Positions 51,747 to 62,407 of a stretch of 64,000 bases of DNA are shown here, piece by piece. The notes below the pieces were generated by a model that was not told the origin of the DNA, did not search any database, and worked only from the letters and a program-made list of their open reading frames with translations. How positions within the stretch are numbered: position 1 is the first letter of the stretch; every line of letters begins with the position of its first letter. The stretch comes from an uncultured Arcobacter sp. Its GTDB lineage: Bacteria > Campylobacterota > Campylobacteria > Campylobacterales > Arcobacteraceae. The DNA lies in the NCBI GenBank assembly GCA_965140705.1, contig OZ223300.1, positions 576,001-640,000 on the forward strand, written 5' to 3'. Position numbers and translations under genes: made by a program.

Positions 51747-51785
51747 AAAAGGGTTGTAACTTTTTAGTTACAACCCTTTTTTTTT
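51747..51785 (+). terminator. Intrinsic terminator after rpsO
   Basis: AAAAGGGTTGTAACT-ttt-AGTTACAACCCTTTT hairpin plus T-run. Confidence 0.88.
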
Positions 51786-51872
51786 AAATAAAAAAATTAA
51801 TTTTACTGTATAATGATTATTAATACTCTTTCTTGTAAAATAGAAAAATTTTAAAAAAGGAATCAATCAAAG

Positions 51873-52274
51873 ATGTTATTGACTAAAAAAAGTGAGTATG
51901 CACTTCTTTCTCTAATCTCTATTGCTAAAAGCGATAAAGCAAAAAATGTGGATGAATTATCAAGAGAATTAAGAATTCCCAAATCTTTTTTAGCCAAAAT
52001 TATGCAAAATTTAGCGAAAAATGAAATTGTAATATCACAAAGAGGAGTAAATGGTGGATTTATTCTTGCCAAACCCTATGATCAACTTACTATATTTTCG
52101 ATAACTGCTGCAGCTGAGGAAAAAATCCCTTCAGTATTTGAATGTGCACCATCAATGGACTCTTGTCCTTCTGAATCTGGAAGCTTGTGTTCTATTTGGC
52201 CTTTATTAAATAATTTGCAAGGTAAAATAAATGAATTTTTAGAAGAATTAACCCTGAAGGACATTGCTCAATGA
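51873..52274 (+). CDS. Rrf2-family transcriptional regulator
   Basis: SEYAL, FLAKI and SQRGVNGGF motifs; three C-terminal Cys. Confidence 0.9.
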   Translation: MLLTKKSEYALLSLISIAKSDKAKNVDELSRELRIPKSFLAKIMQNLAKNEIVISQRGVNGGFILAKPYDQLTIFSITAAAEEKIPSVFECAPSMDSCPSESGSLCSIWPLLNNLQGKINEFLEELTLKDIAQ

Positions 52275-53326
52275 TATTATTTCATATCTCTCATACGGAT
52301 TTAGATGGATATGGTTGCCAACTTTTAACGAAAGAGATATTTCCCCAAAGTTACTACTTAAACGCAAATTATGGACTAGAAGTAAAACAAAGTATTATTC
52401 ATTTTATAGAACATATTAGAAATGAAGAGATAAAAGAAGAAATTCTGTTTTTAATTACAGATGTTAATCTAACAAATGCTGAATCAAAATATTTAAATAA
52501 TGAAGTAATAAAATTAAATGAAGATGGTTATAAAATAAAACTTCAACTTTTGGACCATCATGTTACTGGACAAAGTTGTGCTGACAAGTATGATTGGTAC
52601 TTTTTAGATATTTCAAGATGTGCTACTAAAATTGTATATGACTATTTTGTAGAAAATTATAAGGCTTTTCAAGATGAATCACAAGCTTGGATAGAACCCC
52701 TTGTGAATTCAATAAATGCAATTGATATTTGGATAGAAGATAATAAAAAAGATTTTGAGTTTGGGAAAGTATTACTTAGTATGGTTTCTCATGTAAGAGA
52801 AATAAATAATGTTCTTTTTGCAGATAAAAATAGAGAGTTTAGAATTCATTTACTAAAAAAAGCATCTAAGTATTTAAATGAAGTTGATGGAAATATAAAA
52901 CTAGATAGTGCTATTCATAGTTTAAAAAAAGAGTTTTTAAATCTTGATGGAAAAGATGACACAATAGATAATCTTAGTGCAAAATATTTGGTAAATTCTA
53001 TTACAAGTATAAAAGATGAACTTACAATTAATTTTCAAGATAAAAAAGGTATTCTAACTTATACTTTAGGTGGTATTTCAATTCCTGCAAATGCGTTTTT
53101 AAAAGCCAACAAAGATTATGACTTTTTTATTGATGTTTCTAAAAGAGGAAATGCAAGCTTTAGAGCAGATGGAAATTTAGATGTTGGATTGCTTGCTCAA
53201 AAATTGGCTAATGGTGGTGGTCATCCTAATGCTTCTGGTTGTAAATTTGATGATTTTAAAGAAGTTATAAATTATACTGATGTTAAAAAATATATTCAAA
53301 ATAAGTTAAATAGTATTAAAATATAA
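52271..53326 (+). CDS. DHH-family phosphoesterase (oligoribonuclease NrnB-like)
   Basis: SHTDLDG, ITD, LDHH and GGGHPNASG motifs. Confidence 0.82.
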   Translation: MILFHISHTDLDGYGCQLLTKEIFPQSYYLNANYGLEVKQSIIHFIEHIRNEEIKEEILFLITDVNLTNAESKYLNNEVIKLNEDGYKIKLQLLDHHVTGQSCADKYDWYFLDISRCATKIVYDYFVENYKAFQDESQAWIEPLVNSINAIDIWIEDNKKDFEFGKVLLSMVSHVREINNVLFADKNREFRIHLLKKASKYLNEVDGNIKLDSAIHSLKKEFLNLDGKDDTIDNLSAKYLVNSITSIKDELTINFQDKKGILTYTLGGISIPANAFLKANKDYDFFIDVSKRGNASFRADGNLDVGLLAQKLANGGGHPNASGCKFDDFKEVINYTDVKKYIQNKLNSIKI

Positions 53327-53433
53327 GATTATTTCTATTTAAATTTAATTATTTTTTCTTGCAAAGTTAATAATATTGTCTATTTTAACACAAAATTTGA
53401 TATTATATATTAGTTATTTTTTAAGGCAAAATC

Positions 53434-54702
53434 ATGAATGATGATAAGAATTTGATTTCAGAGCAAAAATATAATATTATTTATGCTGAAGATGATGAAC
53501 AAGTTCGAGTAAACTTTCAAGAAATATTTAAAGATTTTTTTAAAGAGGTACATGTTGCAAGTGATGGTGCAGAAGCTTTAGAAATCTTTAATAAACTAAC
53601 CTTAGAAAATAAAAGAATAGATGCAATAATAAGTGATCTTAATATGCCAAATATGAATGGTGTATCCTTATTAAAAAATATAAGAGCTGTTAATGAAGAT
53701 ATTCCCTTTTATTTTACAACTGCTTACTCAGATGAAAATAACCTTTTAGAAGTAATTAAATTAAATGTTACTGCATATTTTATAAAACCAATTGATATAG
53801 CAGTAATGGTAAATAAAGTTATTAAAGATGCCCATAAATATAATCAAAATCAAATAATTGAAAAACAAAAAAAAGAGTTAGAAAGATATTTAGCTGCAAT
53901 AGATAATGTTGCTATTATTTCAAAAACTGATTTAAAAGGTAATATTACCTTTGCAAATGATTTTTTTTGTGATATATCAAAATACAAAAGAGAAGAACTC
54001 CTTGGAAAACCCCATAATATTGTAAGACATCCAGACTCATCAAAAGAGATATTTAAAAATCTTTGGGAGACAATCCAAAAAGGTGAAACCTGGAATGGGA
54101 AAATTAAAAATTTAGCAAAAGATGGTTCTGTCTATTATGTAAATAGTACTGTTATACCTCTTTTTGATGAATTGGGGACTGAAATAGTAGAGTATGTGGG
54201 AATAAGATTTTTAACTACAGAAGAGGAAAATTCAAAAAGAGAATTTAGAAAAAAAGTAATTGAAAATATGCAACAATCAAAGAAAAAAGAGATTGAGTAT
54301 TTAAATAGAATAAGAGAATTAGAACAAGAAATTAAATCAAATGTAAAACCAGATTTATCTATGTATTTAGAGCAAATGGACAATCTGAAAAGAAAAAATG
54401 GACAATTAAAAGCTCAAATAAATCAATATGATAAAGAAATAGTTGCCATAAGAAAAAAAAATGAAGAGTTAATTGATAGTGCAAATAATAAAGTTTCTAA
54501 ATCTGTTTTTGCCTTAAGAAAAATAAAATCAGAAAATGATAAACTTGTAAAAGATTTTAAAGAACTTGAAAATGAAATTGAATTAAAAAAAGATGTGATT
54601 TTGGATTTACAAAAAAGACTAGAAGATAGAAATAAACGAATTGAAGATTTACTTGATGTAATCAAATTAAGAGATAAAGAGTTAAAAGAACAAAGTAAAT
54701 GA
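53434..54702 (+). CDS. Receiver-PAS-coiled-coil signalling protein
   Basis: AEDD, SDLNMP, TA and KP receiver motifs; PAS GKPHNIVRHP...W; charged heptad tail. Confidence 0.85.
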   Translation: MNDDKNLISEQKYNIIYAEDDEQVRVNFQEIFKDFFKEVHVASDGAEALEIFNKLTLENKRIDAIISDLNMPNMNGVSLLKNIRAVNEDIPFYFTTAYSDENNLLEVIKLNVTAYFIKPIDIAVMVNKVIKDAHKYNQNQIIEKQKKELERYLAAIDNVAIISKTDLKGNITFANDFFCDISKYKREELLGKPHNIVRHPDSSKEIFKNLWETIQKGETWNGKIKNLAKDGSVYYVNSTVIPLFDELGTEIVEYVGIRFLTTEEENSKREFRKKVIENMQQSKKKEIEYLNRIRELEQEIKSNVKPDLSMYLEQMDNLKRKNGQLKAQINQYDKEIVAIRKKNEELIDSANNKVSKSVFALRKIKSENDKLVKDFKELENEIELKKDVILDLQKRLEDRNKRIEDLLDVIKLRDKELKEQSK

Positions 54703-55865
54703 TTAAATTTGTCTTGATTTTTGTAGTGTTTTTTTTAAGTTCATGTAGTGTTTCAGATGTTCAAAATATTGCTCAAGCTGCAATGAGTAAAGATCCTTCT
54801 TATGCTTTAAAAAGTATTGCAAAATCAAAAACTATTCAATATACAACAAATCCAAAAAGATTATCAAAAGATATAGCAAGTTTAGATAACTTTTTATCAA
54901 ATTTTGTAAAAGAGATTACAAATATTTGGGGTGAAAAGAATGTCAAAATACCAAAACAAAAAGAGTATGTAAAATATTTGCAAAACTATAAAAGTAGGGC
55001 ATTGGTTGATTTTGATAAGGGAGTAGTAACTGTTGAAACAGTAGATGATAAGAACTTTGAAAAAAGTTTAAAAAATGCAATAGTAACAACTTTGTTATTA
55101 CCCGATGATCCAAGGGCAGCTGATTTATTTGAAGCAAAAAGTGTAAAACTTGGTTCTACTCCTTATTTATTAGGTGAAATTAAAGATGACCAAAATAAAG
55201 AGATAAGATATGAGTGGAGAGCAAATAGATTTGCAAATCTTTTAGTAAAAAATGATTTAAATACAAAAACGATAAAAAAAGAGGGGAAAGAGGTAAAAGT
55301 TTATTATGTGAAAATACCTATGGTAAAAGATCATGCAAATATAAGAGTAGCAAAATTCAAACCCTTTGTTGAGGAGTTTGCTCGAAAATATAATATAAGT
55401 AAAAACTTAATTTATGCGATTATACGAACAGAGAGTAATTTTAACCAATTTGCAATAAGTAGTGCCAATGCCTATGGACTTATGCAAATAGTTCCTACAA
55501 GTGCTGGAAAAGATGCTTATAGATATGCTAAAGGTAAAACTTGGGAACCTAGCAAATCATATTTATTTAATGCTCAAAATAATATTGAATTGGGAAGTGC
55601 ATATCTGAAATTATTAGGAAGTAAGTATTTATCTGGAATAGAAAATCCAATATCAAAAGAGTATTGTATTATCAGTGCATATAATACTGGAAGTGGAAAT
55701 GTTTTGAGAACTTTTTCAAAAGATAAAGATAAAGCAAAAAACAGTATTAATAGGGAGAAACCTTCTGAAGTTTACAAGATACTTATAAATAATTTGCCCT
55801 ATGAAGAAACACGGAATTATCTAAAAAAAGTTTTAAAATACAAAAAAGATTTTATAAATATTTAA
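54699..55865 (+). CDS. mltC: Membrane-bound lytic murein transglycosylase C-like lipoprotein
   Basis: Lipobox LSSC, TESNFN, AYGLMQ, AYNTG and ETRNY motifs. Confidence 0.8.
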   Translation: MIKFVLIFVVFFLSSCSVSDVQNIAQAAMSKDPSYALKSIAKSKTIQYTTNPKRLSKDIASLDNFLSNFVKEITNIWGEKNVKIPKQKEYVKYLQNYKSRALVDFDKGVVTVETVDDKNFEKSLKNAIVTTLLLPDDPRAADLFEAKSVKLGSTPYLLGEIKDDQNKEIRYEWRANRFANLLVKNDLNTKTIKKEGKEVKVYYVKIPMVKDHANIRVAKFKPFVEEFARKYNISKNLIYAIIRTESNFNQFAISSANAYGLMQIVPTSAGKDAYRYAKGKTWEPSKSYLFNAQNNIELGSAYLKLLGSKYLSGIENPISKEYCIISAYNTGSGNVLRTFSKDKDKAKNSINREKPSEVYKILINNLPYEETRNYLKKVLKYKKDFINI

Positions 55866-55992
55866 TAATTAATATGTTTCATAAAGTAACTATAGTATTA
55901 CTAATAGTTATTATAATTATTATAAATATTTTATAAGTTGTAATTAAATATCTATACTATATCATTTAAGAAATTAGTATAAGGATGTTGTT

Positions 55993-58122
55993 ATGATTGG
56001 AAGAAAGATATTTGGAAATTTAAGTGTTTTCAAAAAATTATTATCAATAGGAATATTGACATTTTTTGCAATTGCTTCATTAAGTGCTTATTTTATAGTT
56101 AACCAAAAAAATGTAATGTTAATAGAGAAAAAAACAAAATTGACTAATCTTGTAGAGATGGCATATAGTCTAGTTGACAATGAGTATAATCAATTTAAAG
56201 ATGGGAAGATTGATGAAAAGACTGCAAAAGAAACTGCAAAGAAGTTAGTAAAAACATTAAGATTTGATGAAACAAATTATGTTTTTATAAATAATGATTC
56301 AGAAGAAACACCAAAAATTATAATGCATCCAATAGATGAGTCATTAGTTAATGCTACACTTGATGATAAAAAATTTGATAATGCTTTTAGTATGGAGTAT
56401 GGAGATACAGTTGAAAAACTTGATAATATGAATATGTTTAAAGCTTTTGTAAAAGTTGCAAATGAACATGGAAATGGTTATGTAAAATATACTTGGACAA
56501 AAGGTTCTTCTAATGAACTTGTACCTAAATTATCTTATTTAAAGAAATTTGATCAATGGGGTTGGGTTATAGGAACAGGAATTTATATTGATGATATAAC
56601 TGCAGACTTTTATAACAATATAATAAAAGCTGTTGGAATTATTTTGGTTATTTTATTGATCTTATTTACTGCTTTCTCTATGGTAAGTAAAGATATTGTT
56701 TTAAAAGTAAGACTATTAAACGAAAATATTGAAAACTTTTTTGCCTTTTTAAACAGAGAAAAAGATGAGATAAACTTTACCGATATTACTTGTAAAGATG
56801 AGTTTGGTCATATGTCTAGAATTGTAAGTAGAAATATTGAAAAAACTAAAATTGGAATTGAAGAAGATCGAAAATTAATTGATGAGACCATATTAGTATT
56901 AGGTGAGTTTGAGCAAGGTGATTTATGTCAAAGACTAAGTTCAAATGTTAAAAATCCAGCACTTTCACAATTGAAAAATGTATTAAATAGTATGGCACAA
57001 AATCTTGAAAATAATATTGATAAAGTTCTTAATGTACTTGAAGAGTATACTCATTACAATTATTTAAATAAAGTAAGTACAAATGATATTAAAAAAGATT
57101 TATTAAAACTTGCTAATGGAGTAAATGATTTAGGAAGTTCAATTACAAATATTTTATCTGAAAATAAAGTAAATGGATTAACTTTAGATAATGGTTCGGA
57201 TATATTATTAGCTAATATGAATAAATTAAATTTGAGTTCTAACGAAGCAGCAGCTTCATTAGAAGAAACAGCTGCTGCATTGGAAGAGGTAACAGGTAAT
57301 GTAAGAAGTAATACAGATAATATTGCAAAAATGGCTCAATTATCAACTGATGTTACAAAATCAGTAAATGAAGGTGAAGAGTTAGCAAATAAAACTACTA
57401 TTGCAATGGAAGAGATTAATACGCAAGTTACTTCAATACATGAAGCAATAACAGTAATTGATCAAATTGCTTTTCAAACAAATATCTTATCACTTAATGC
57501 AGCAGTAGAAGCAGCAACTGCAGGAGAAGCTGGAAAAGGATTTGCAGTAGTTGCGGGGGAAGTTCGAAATCTAGCAACAAGAAGTGCAGAGGCTGCAAAA
57601 GAGATAAAAAATATAGTTGAAAGAGCAACGAGTAAAGCAAATGAGGGTAAAGATATTGCTACAAATATGATTAATGGTTATGAAAACCTTAATGAAAATA
57701 TTACCCATACAATCAATTTAATAGCTGATATAGAAATGGCAAGTAAAGAACAATTAGATGGAGTAGAACAAATAAATGCTGCTATTAATAATCTAGATAG
57801 ACAAACACAAGAGAATGCTTCAATAGCATCAGAGACAAATAATATTGCTATGGCTACCCATGAAATTTCTAAATTAATTGTAAGTAATGCAAATGCAAAA
57901 GAGTTCGCTGGCAAAGATACTCTAAAAGGAAAAGATATAAATAGTATCTTATTAAACAAAAGTGCATCAAAAGAGAAAAAAGTTGATACTCAAAAAAAAT
58001 CAGTAAGCCCATCAAATAGTAAAAGTGAAGAAAAAACAGAAAAAGCTGAAAAGAAAGAATCAACACCAAGTAAAATTATAACTCCTGATAAATCAAATGA
58101 TGATGAATGGGAGAGTTTTTAA
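55993..58122 (+). CDS. Methyl-accepting chemotaxis protein (Cache sensor) with C-terminal pentapeptide
   Basis: [27 protein letters not shown]; ends EWESF. Confidence 0.93.
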   Translation: MIGRKIFGNLSVFKKLLSIGILTFFAIASLSAYFIVNQKNVMLIEKKTKLTNLVEMAYSLVDNEYNQFKDGKIDEKTAKETAKKLVKTLRFDETNYVFINNDSEETPKIIMHPIDESLVNATLDDKKFDNAFSMEYGDTVEKLDNMNMFKAFVKVANEHGNGYVKYTWTKGSSNELVPKLSYLKKFDQWGWVIGTGIYIDDITADFYNNIIKAVGIILVILLILFTAFSMVSKDIVLKVRLLNENIENFFAFLNREKDEINFTDITCKDEFGHMSRIVSRNIEKTKIGIEEDRKLIDETILVLGEFEQGDLCQRLSSNVKNPALSQLKNVLNSMAQNLENNIDKVLNVLEEYTHYNYLNKVSTNDIKKDLLKLANGVNDLGSSITNILSENKVNGLTLDNGSDILLANMNKLNLSSNEAAASLEETAAALEEVTGNVRSNTDNIAKMAQLSTDVTKSVNEGEELANKTTIAMEEINTQVTSIHEAITVIDQIAFQTNILSLNAAVEAATAGEAGKGFAVVAGEVRNLATRSAEAAKEIKNIVERATSKANEGKDIATNMINGYENLNENITHTINLIADIEMASKEQLDGVEQINAAINNLDRQTQENASIASETNNIAMATHEISKLIVSNANAKEFAGKDTLKGKDINSILLNKSASKEKKVDTQKKSVSPSNSKSEEKTEKAEKKESTPSKIITPDKSNDDEWESF

Positions 58123-58150
58123 GAGGTTTGAGTTTTACTCAAACCTCTTA
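58120..58150 (+). terminator. Terminator after the MCP gene
   Basis: TAAGAGGTTTGAGT-tt-ACTCAAACCTCTTA hairpin with a T-run shortly after. Confidence 0.8.
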
Positions 58151-58161
58151 GACTCTTTTTT

Positions 58162-58203
58162 TTTATATTTATATATCAATATATCTTGATATATAAATAT
58201 AAA
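58162..58203. promoter_or_regulatory. Probable ArsR operator
   Basis: Perfect 18-bp arms TTTATATTTATATATCAA-6nt-TTGATATATAAATATAAA just upstream of arsR. Confidence 0.7.
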
Positions 58204-58236
58204 TCTGATACAATTACAAAAAAGGAAAGGAATAAC

Positions 58237-58545
58237 TTGGAATATTTTTTAAATACAATAGGTTCAATAAATGATGAAACACGAATTAAGATTTTAAGAT
58301 TTATAGATATAAATGGCGAAGTTTGTGTATGTGATATAGAAAATTCATTTGATATGATTCAATCAAGAGTATCACGACATTTAAAAATTTTAAAAGATGG
58401 TGGCTTTTTAAATTTAAGAAGAGAAGGGCGATGGGCATATTATAGTATTAGAACTCCAATGGATGTTTTTAGACAATCAATCATAAAAGAGATAAGTTAT
58501 TTAGAATTGGATATTCCAAAGTTAATAAAAGGGTGTGAGGTATGA
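58237..58545 (+). CDS. arsR: ArsR/SmtB-family repressor
   Basis: EVCVCD and QSRVSRHLKIL motifs; TTG 58237 after AAGGA; heads the ars operon. Confidence 0.88.
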   Translation: MEYFLNTIGSINDETRIKILRFIDINGEVCVCDIENSFDMIQSRVSRHLKILKDGGFLNLRREGRWAYYSIRTPMDVFRQSIIKEISYLELDIPKLIKGCEV

Positions 58546-59795
58546 TTTTAGCAATCTCTATTTTCCTTTTAACTTTGATATTTGTAATTTGGCAGCCCCG
58601 TGGGTTGCAAATAGGAACAACAGCAGTAATTGGTGCAATAGTTGCTTTACTTTTCCAAGTTGTTAGTTTAAATGATGTATTAGTTGTCACAGGTATTGTT
58701 TGGGATGCAACTTTAGCTTTTATAGGAATCATTATTTTATCTATGGTCTTAGATGAGATAGGCTTTTTTGAGTGGTGTGCAATCAAAATGGCAAAACTTT
58801 CAAAGGGAAATGGACACTTGATGTTTGTTTATGCTTTAGTTCTTGGCTCTTTTGTATCAGCACTTTTTGCAAATGATGGAGCAGCACTTATTTTAACTCC
58901 TATTTTATTAGCAAAGATGAGAATTCTAAAACTAAATACAAAAACAATTTTAGCCTTTTTATTAGCTGGTGGTTTTATAAGTGATAGTGCTTCTTTACCT
59001 TTTGTTTTCTCAAATCTTACAAATATAGTAACAGCAAATTATTTTCATATAGGATTTATGCAATATCTATCAAATATGTTTATTCCTTATATAGTAAGTA
59101 CAATTGTATCTATTGTTGTTTTATGGTTAGTTTTACGAAATGATATTCCAAAAGAGATAGATACTAGTTTGCTTAAAAATCCTGATGAAGTATTAAAAAA
59201 TAAAACCCTATTTAAATTCTCTTGGTTTTTTCTAGCTTTACTTTTAATAGGTTATTTTGTGGGCGATAGCTTTAATCTACCAATTTCACTTTTTGCTTTA
59301 GGTGGAGGCTTATTGTTTTTAGCAATTGCAAGTTATGCCAAATCTGCAAAGGCTTGGCTTACAATTAAAACTGCACCTTGGCAAGTAGTTTGGTTTAGTA
59401 TAGGTTTATATATAGTTGTTTATGGATTAAAAAATGCTGGACTTACTGATTATTTAACTTTAGTTTTAAAAGACTTAAGTACAAGAGGAGATTTTGTTGC
59501 GGTTATGGGTACAGGATTTATAAGTGCTTTTTTAAGTGCTATTATGAACAATATGCCAACAGTAATGATTATGGATATATCTTTACATGACATAGGAAAT
59601 CAAACATTAGCATATGCAAATATTATAGGATGTAATCTTGGACCAAAAATGACGCCATTTGGTTCACTAGCAACTCTGCTTTGGCTTCATGTTTTAAGTC
59701 AAAAAGGAGTCAAAATTGGATTTTGGCAATATAGTAAATTTGGATTAATAGTTACACCACCAGTACTATTTATAGTTTTATTAACATTAATATAA
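58542..59795 (+). CDS. arsB: Arsenite efflux pump
   Basis: WQPRGL, ANDGAALILTP, SNLTN and GSLATLLW motifs. Confidence 0.93.
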   Translation: MILAISIFLLTLIFVIWQPRGLQIGTTAVIGAIVALLFQVVSLNDVLVVTGIVWDATLAFIGIIILSMVLDEIGFFEWCAIKMAKLSKGNGHLMFVYALVLGSFVSALFANDGAALILTPILLAKMRILKLNTKTILAFLLAGGFISDSASLPFVFSNLTNIVTANYFHIGFMQYLSNMFIPYIVSTIVSIVVLWLVLRNDIPKEIDTSLLKNPDEVLKNKTLFKFSWFFLALLLIGYFVGDSFNLPISLFALGGGLLFLAIASYAKSAKAWLTIKTAPWQVVWFSIGLYIVVYGLKNAGLTDYLTLVLKDLSTRGDFVAVMGTGFISAFLSAIMNNMPTVMIMDISLHDIGNQTLAYANIIGCNLGPKMTPFGSLATLLWLHVLSQKGVKIGFWQYSKFGLIVTPPVLFIVLLTLI

Positions 59796-59806
59796 AAAGG
59801 AAAAAT

Positions 59807-60205
59807 ATGAAAAAAGTTTTGATTTTGTGTACAGGAAATTCTTGTAGAAGTATTATTGCAGAGGCTTTGATTAATGCTAAACTTGATGGAATAAGTGCAG
59901 ATAGTTCTGGTGTAAAAGCTAGTGGAAAAGTTAATGTAAATGCAAAAAGACTATTAGAAGAAAAGGGAATTTGGAAAGATGAGTATCATTCAAAAACTTT
60001 AGATACAGTTATTGATAATGAGTATGATTTGATAGTTACTGTTTGTGATCATGCAAATGAAACTTGTCCTATGTTTCCAAAACCTATTAAAAAAATACAT
60101 GTGGGTTTTGAAGATCCAGATGGAAAAGGTTTTGAAGCTTTTGAAAGTACTTTTAAAGAAATAGATGAGGTTTTATTACCTAAGATTATTGAGGCCTTGA
60201 AATAG
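59807..60205 (+). CDS. arsC: Arsenate reductase, LMW-PTP (thioredoxin) type
   Basis: CTGNSCRS, TVCD...CP and FEDP motifs. Confidence 0.9.
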   Translation: MKKVLILCTGNSCRSIIAEALINAKLDGISADSSGVKASGKVNVNAKRLLEEKGIWKDEYHSKTLDTVIDNEYDLIVTVCDHANETCPMFPKPIKKIHVGFEDPDGKGFEAFESTFKEIDEVLLPKIIEALK

Positions 60206-61165
60206 ATGTTTTATTATTGGGAAAAATTAGTTGATTTTTTTGTCTATTCATTATTGGGCTTGGACAAAAATGAGCATTTAACGAATTCTTTACATTTTTT
60301 TATATTTGACACTATTAAAATATTTATTTTATTGGTAGTAATTATATTTGTAGTTTCATATTTAAGAACTTGGTTTAATGTTGAAAAAGTAAGAGCTTAT
60401 TTACAAGGTAAATCAGAATTTACTGGGAATATTTTGGCAAGTCTTTTTGGAATAATTACTCCCTTTTGTTCATGTAGTGCTATTCCTTTGTTTTTAGGAT
60501 TTATCCAAGCTAGAATACCTCTTGGTGTTACTTTTTCTTTCTTAATCTCAGCCCCACTAAATAATGAAGTTGCAATTGCTATGTTATTTGGCTTATTTGG
60601 TTGGAAAATAACTGCCATATATATTGGTTTTGGTTTAATTGTTGCCATAGTTGGAGGTTTTATTATAGGAAAACTTAACATGGAAAAATACATTTTACTT
60701 GATGTAAAGCCCATGGAAGGCTGTTGTGAAAATCCAACTATAAGTTTTGAAGCAAAAGAGAGAGTAAAAGAGGCTTGGGATTATACTGTTGATATATTTA
60801 AAAAAATATATCTTTATGTGATAATTGGTGTAGGAATAGGAGCTTTTATTCATGGATATATTCCAACTGATTTTATTGCAAAATATACAGGTGGAGATGC
60901 TTGGTATACTGTACCATTGGCAGTAGTTTTGGGAATCCCAATGTATTCAAGTGCAGCTGGAGTTATGCCCTTGGTTGAAGTTCTAACCTCAAAAGGTATG
61001 CTTTTGGGAAGTGCTTTAGCTTTTATGATGGCAGTTACTTCTTTGTCCTTGCCAGAAGCTATGATTTTAAAAAGAGTTTTACACACTAAATTGATATTGC
61101 TTTTTTTTAGTATTGTCGGATTTGGAATAGTTTTAGTTGGGTATGTTTTTAATTTCATAGTTTAA
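60206..61165 (+). CDS. arsP: ArsP-like permease
   Basis: TPFCSCSAIP, SFLISAP, GIPMY and SLPE motifs; within the ars operon. Confidence 0.8.
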   Translation: MFYYWEKLVDFFVYSLLGLDKNEHLTNSLHFFIFDTIKIFILLVVIIFVVSYLRTWFNVEKVRAYLQGKSEFTGNILASLFGIITPFCSCSAIPLFLGFIQARIPLGVTFSFLISAPLNNEVAIAMLFGLFGWKITAIYIGFGLIVAIVGGFIIGKLNMEKYILLDVKPMEGCCENPTISFEAKERVKEAWDYTVDIFKKIYLYVIIGVGIGAFIHGYIPTDFIAKYTGGDAWYTVPLAVVLGIPMYSSAAGVMPLVEVLTSKGMLLGSALAFMMAVTSLSLPEAMILKRVLHTKLILLFFSIVGFGIVLVGYVFNFIV

Positions 61166-61225
61166 AAAATAAATGGTATTTTAAATAACTTGTATCTATT
61201 AAGGGAAGTATAAAAATATTATTGA

Positions 61226-61263
61226 TAAGATTTAATTCGAACAAATGTTCGGATTAAATCTTA
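61226..61263. promoter_or_regulatory. Long inverted repeat upstream of the aldo/keto reductase; candidate operator
   Basis: TAAGATTTAATTCGAACA-aa-TGTTCGGATTAAATCTTA (17/18 match). Confidence 0.6.
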
Positions 61264-61300
61264 AAATATAACTACTTTTTTAAATATATAAAGGATAAAT

Positions 61301-62320
61301 ATGGAATATCGTTATATAGGAACAACAGGGCTTAGAGTTACACCAATTTGTTTAGGAACTATGACTTTTGGAAAGATGTCAACTAAAGAAGAGAGCTTTA
61401 AAATTATGGATAAAGCTTATAATGCAGGGATTAACTTTTTTGACAATGCGGAAATGTATCCTGTACCTCCAACTTTAGACTCAGCAGGAAGATCAGAAGA
61501 GATAATGGGTGAATGGATGAAAGATAAACCAAGAGAATCCATTATTGTTGCAACTAAAGTTGCAGGGGCAGCAAATGGAAGATTTGCTCCTCCTGTGAGA
61601 CACAGACTTACAGCTTTAGATAGATTTCATATTGAAAGAGGGGTTGAAAGTAGTTTAAGAAGGTTAAAAACTGATTATATTGACCTTTATCAAATACATT
61701 GGCCAGATACAGTTATTCCAATAGAAGAGACTTTAGAAGCTTTAGATAGATTAGTTCAAAGTGGAAAAGTAAGATACATAGGAACTAGTAATGATACAGC
61801 TTATGGATTAACAAAAGCAAATGAAATAAGTAAATATAAAAACCTTGCAAGATTTCAATCTATTCAAAATAATTTTTCATTAAATAATCCAAGGTTTTTT
61901 GATGAATTAGCACAAATTTGTAGAAAAGAAAAAATTTCACTCTTACCATTTTCTCCACTTGCTGGTGGAGTTTTAACAGGGAAATATAATGATGGAACCT
62001 TACCAAAAGGGTCAAGATTTGATGAGTACAAAGCTTTAAATCTTCCAAGACTTGACGCTATGAGAAATAGATTTATAAGCGATAAAACTTTGAGTGCAAC
62101 AGCTAAATATATGCAACTTGCACAAGATAATGGAATGAGTGTTACAACTTTAGCTGCTGCTTGGAGTAAGCATTGGGATTTTGTAGCTAGTACAATAATT
62201 GGAGCTAGAACAGCTCAACAATTAGATGAAAGTTTTAAAGCATTAGATATTGAATTAAGTGATGAAATAATAGAAGCATGTAAAAAAGTACAAGAAGAAA
62301 TTTTGTATCCTATGGGATAG
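61301..62320 (+). CDS. Aldo/keto reductase (Tas-like)
   Basis: LGTMTFG, DNAEMY, DLYQIHWPD and SPLAGG motifs. Confidence 0.9.
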   Translation: MEYRYIGTTGLRVTPICLGTMTFGKMSTKEESFKIMDKAYNAGINFFDNAEMYPVPPTLDSAGRSEEIMGEWMKDKPRESIIVATKVAGAANGRFAPPVRHRLTALDRFHIERGVESSLRRLKTDYIDLYQIHWPDTVIPIEETLEALDRLVQSGKVRYIGTSNDTAYGLTKANEISKYKNLARFQSIQNNFSLNNPRFFDELAQICRKEKISLLPFSPLAGGVLTGKYNDGTLPKGSRFDEYKALNLPRLDAMRNRFISDKTLSATAKYMQLAQDNGMSVTTLAAAWSKHWDFVASTIIGARTAQQLDESFKALDIELSDEIIEACKKVQEEILYPMG

Positions 62321-62407
62321 ATTTCTTGAAAAAAGTAGTAATGAATTTAATTTTATACATCCTTATTTGGAATTGTAATTTAATATATTGTAAATAAGGA
62401 ATGTGAG

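Noticed and set aside
30300..57620. Nucleotide similarity between the two MCP genes (about 30340-30480 and 57460-57600)
   Set aside because: This is the conserved signalling hairpin of paralogous chemoreceptors, not a mobile repeat.
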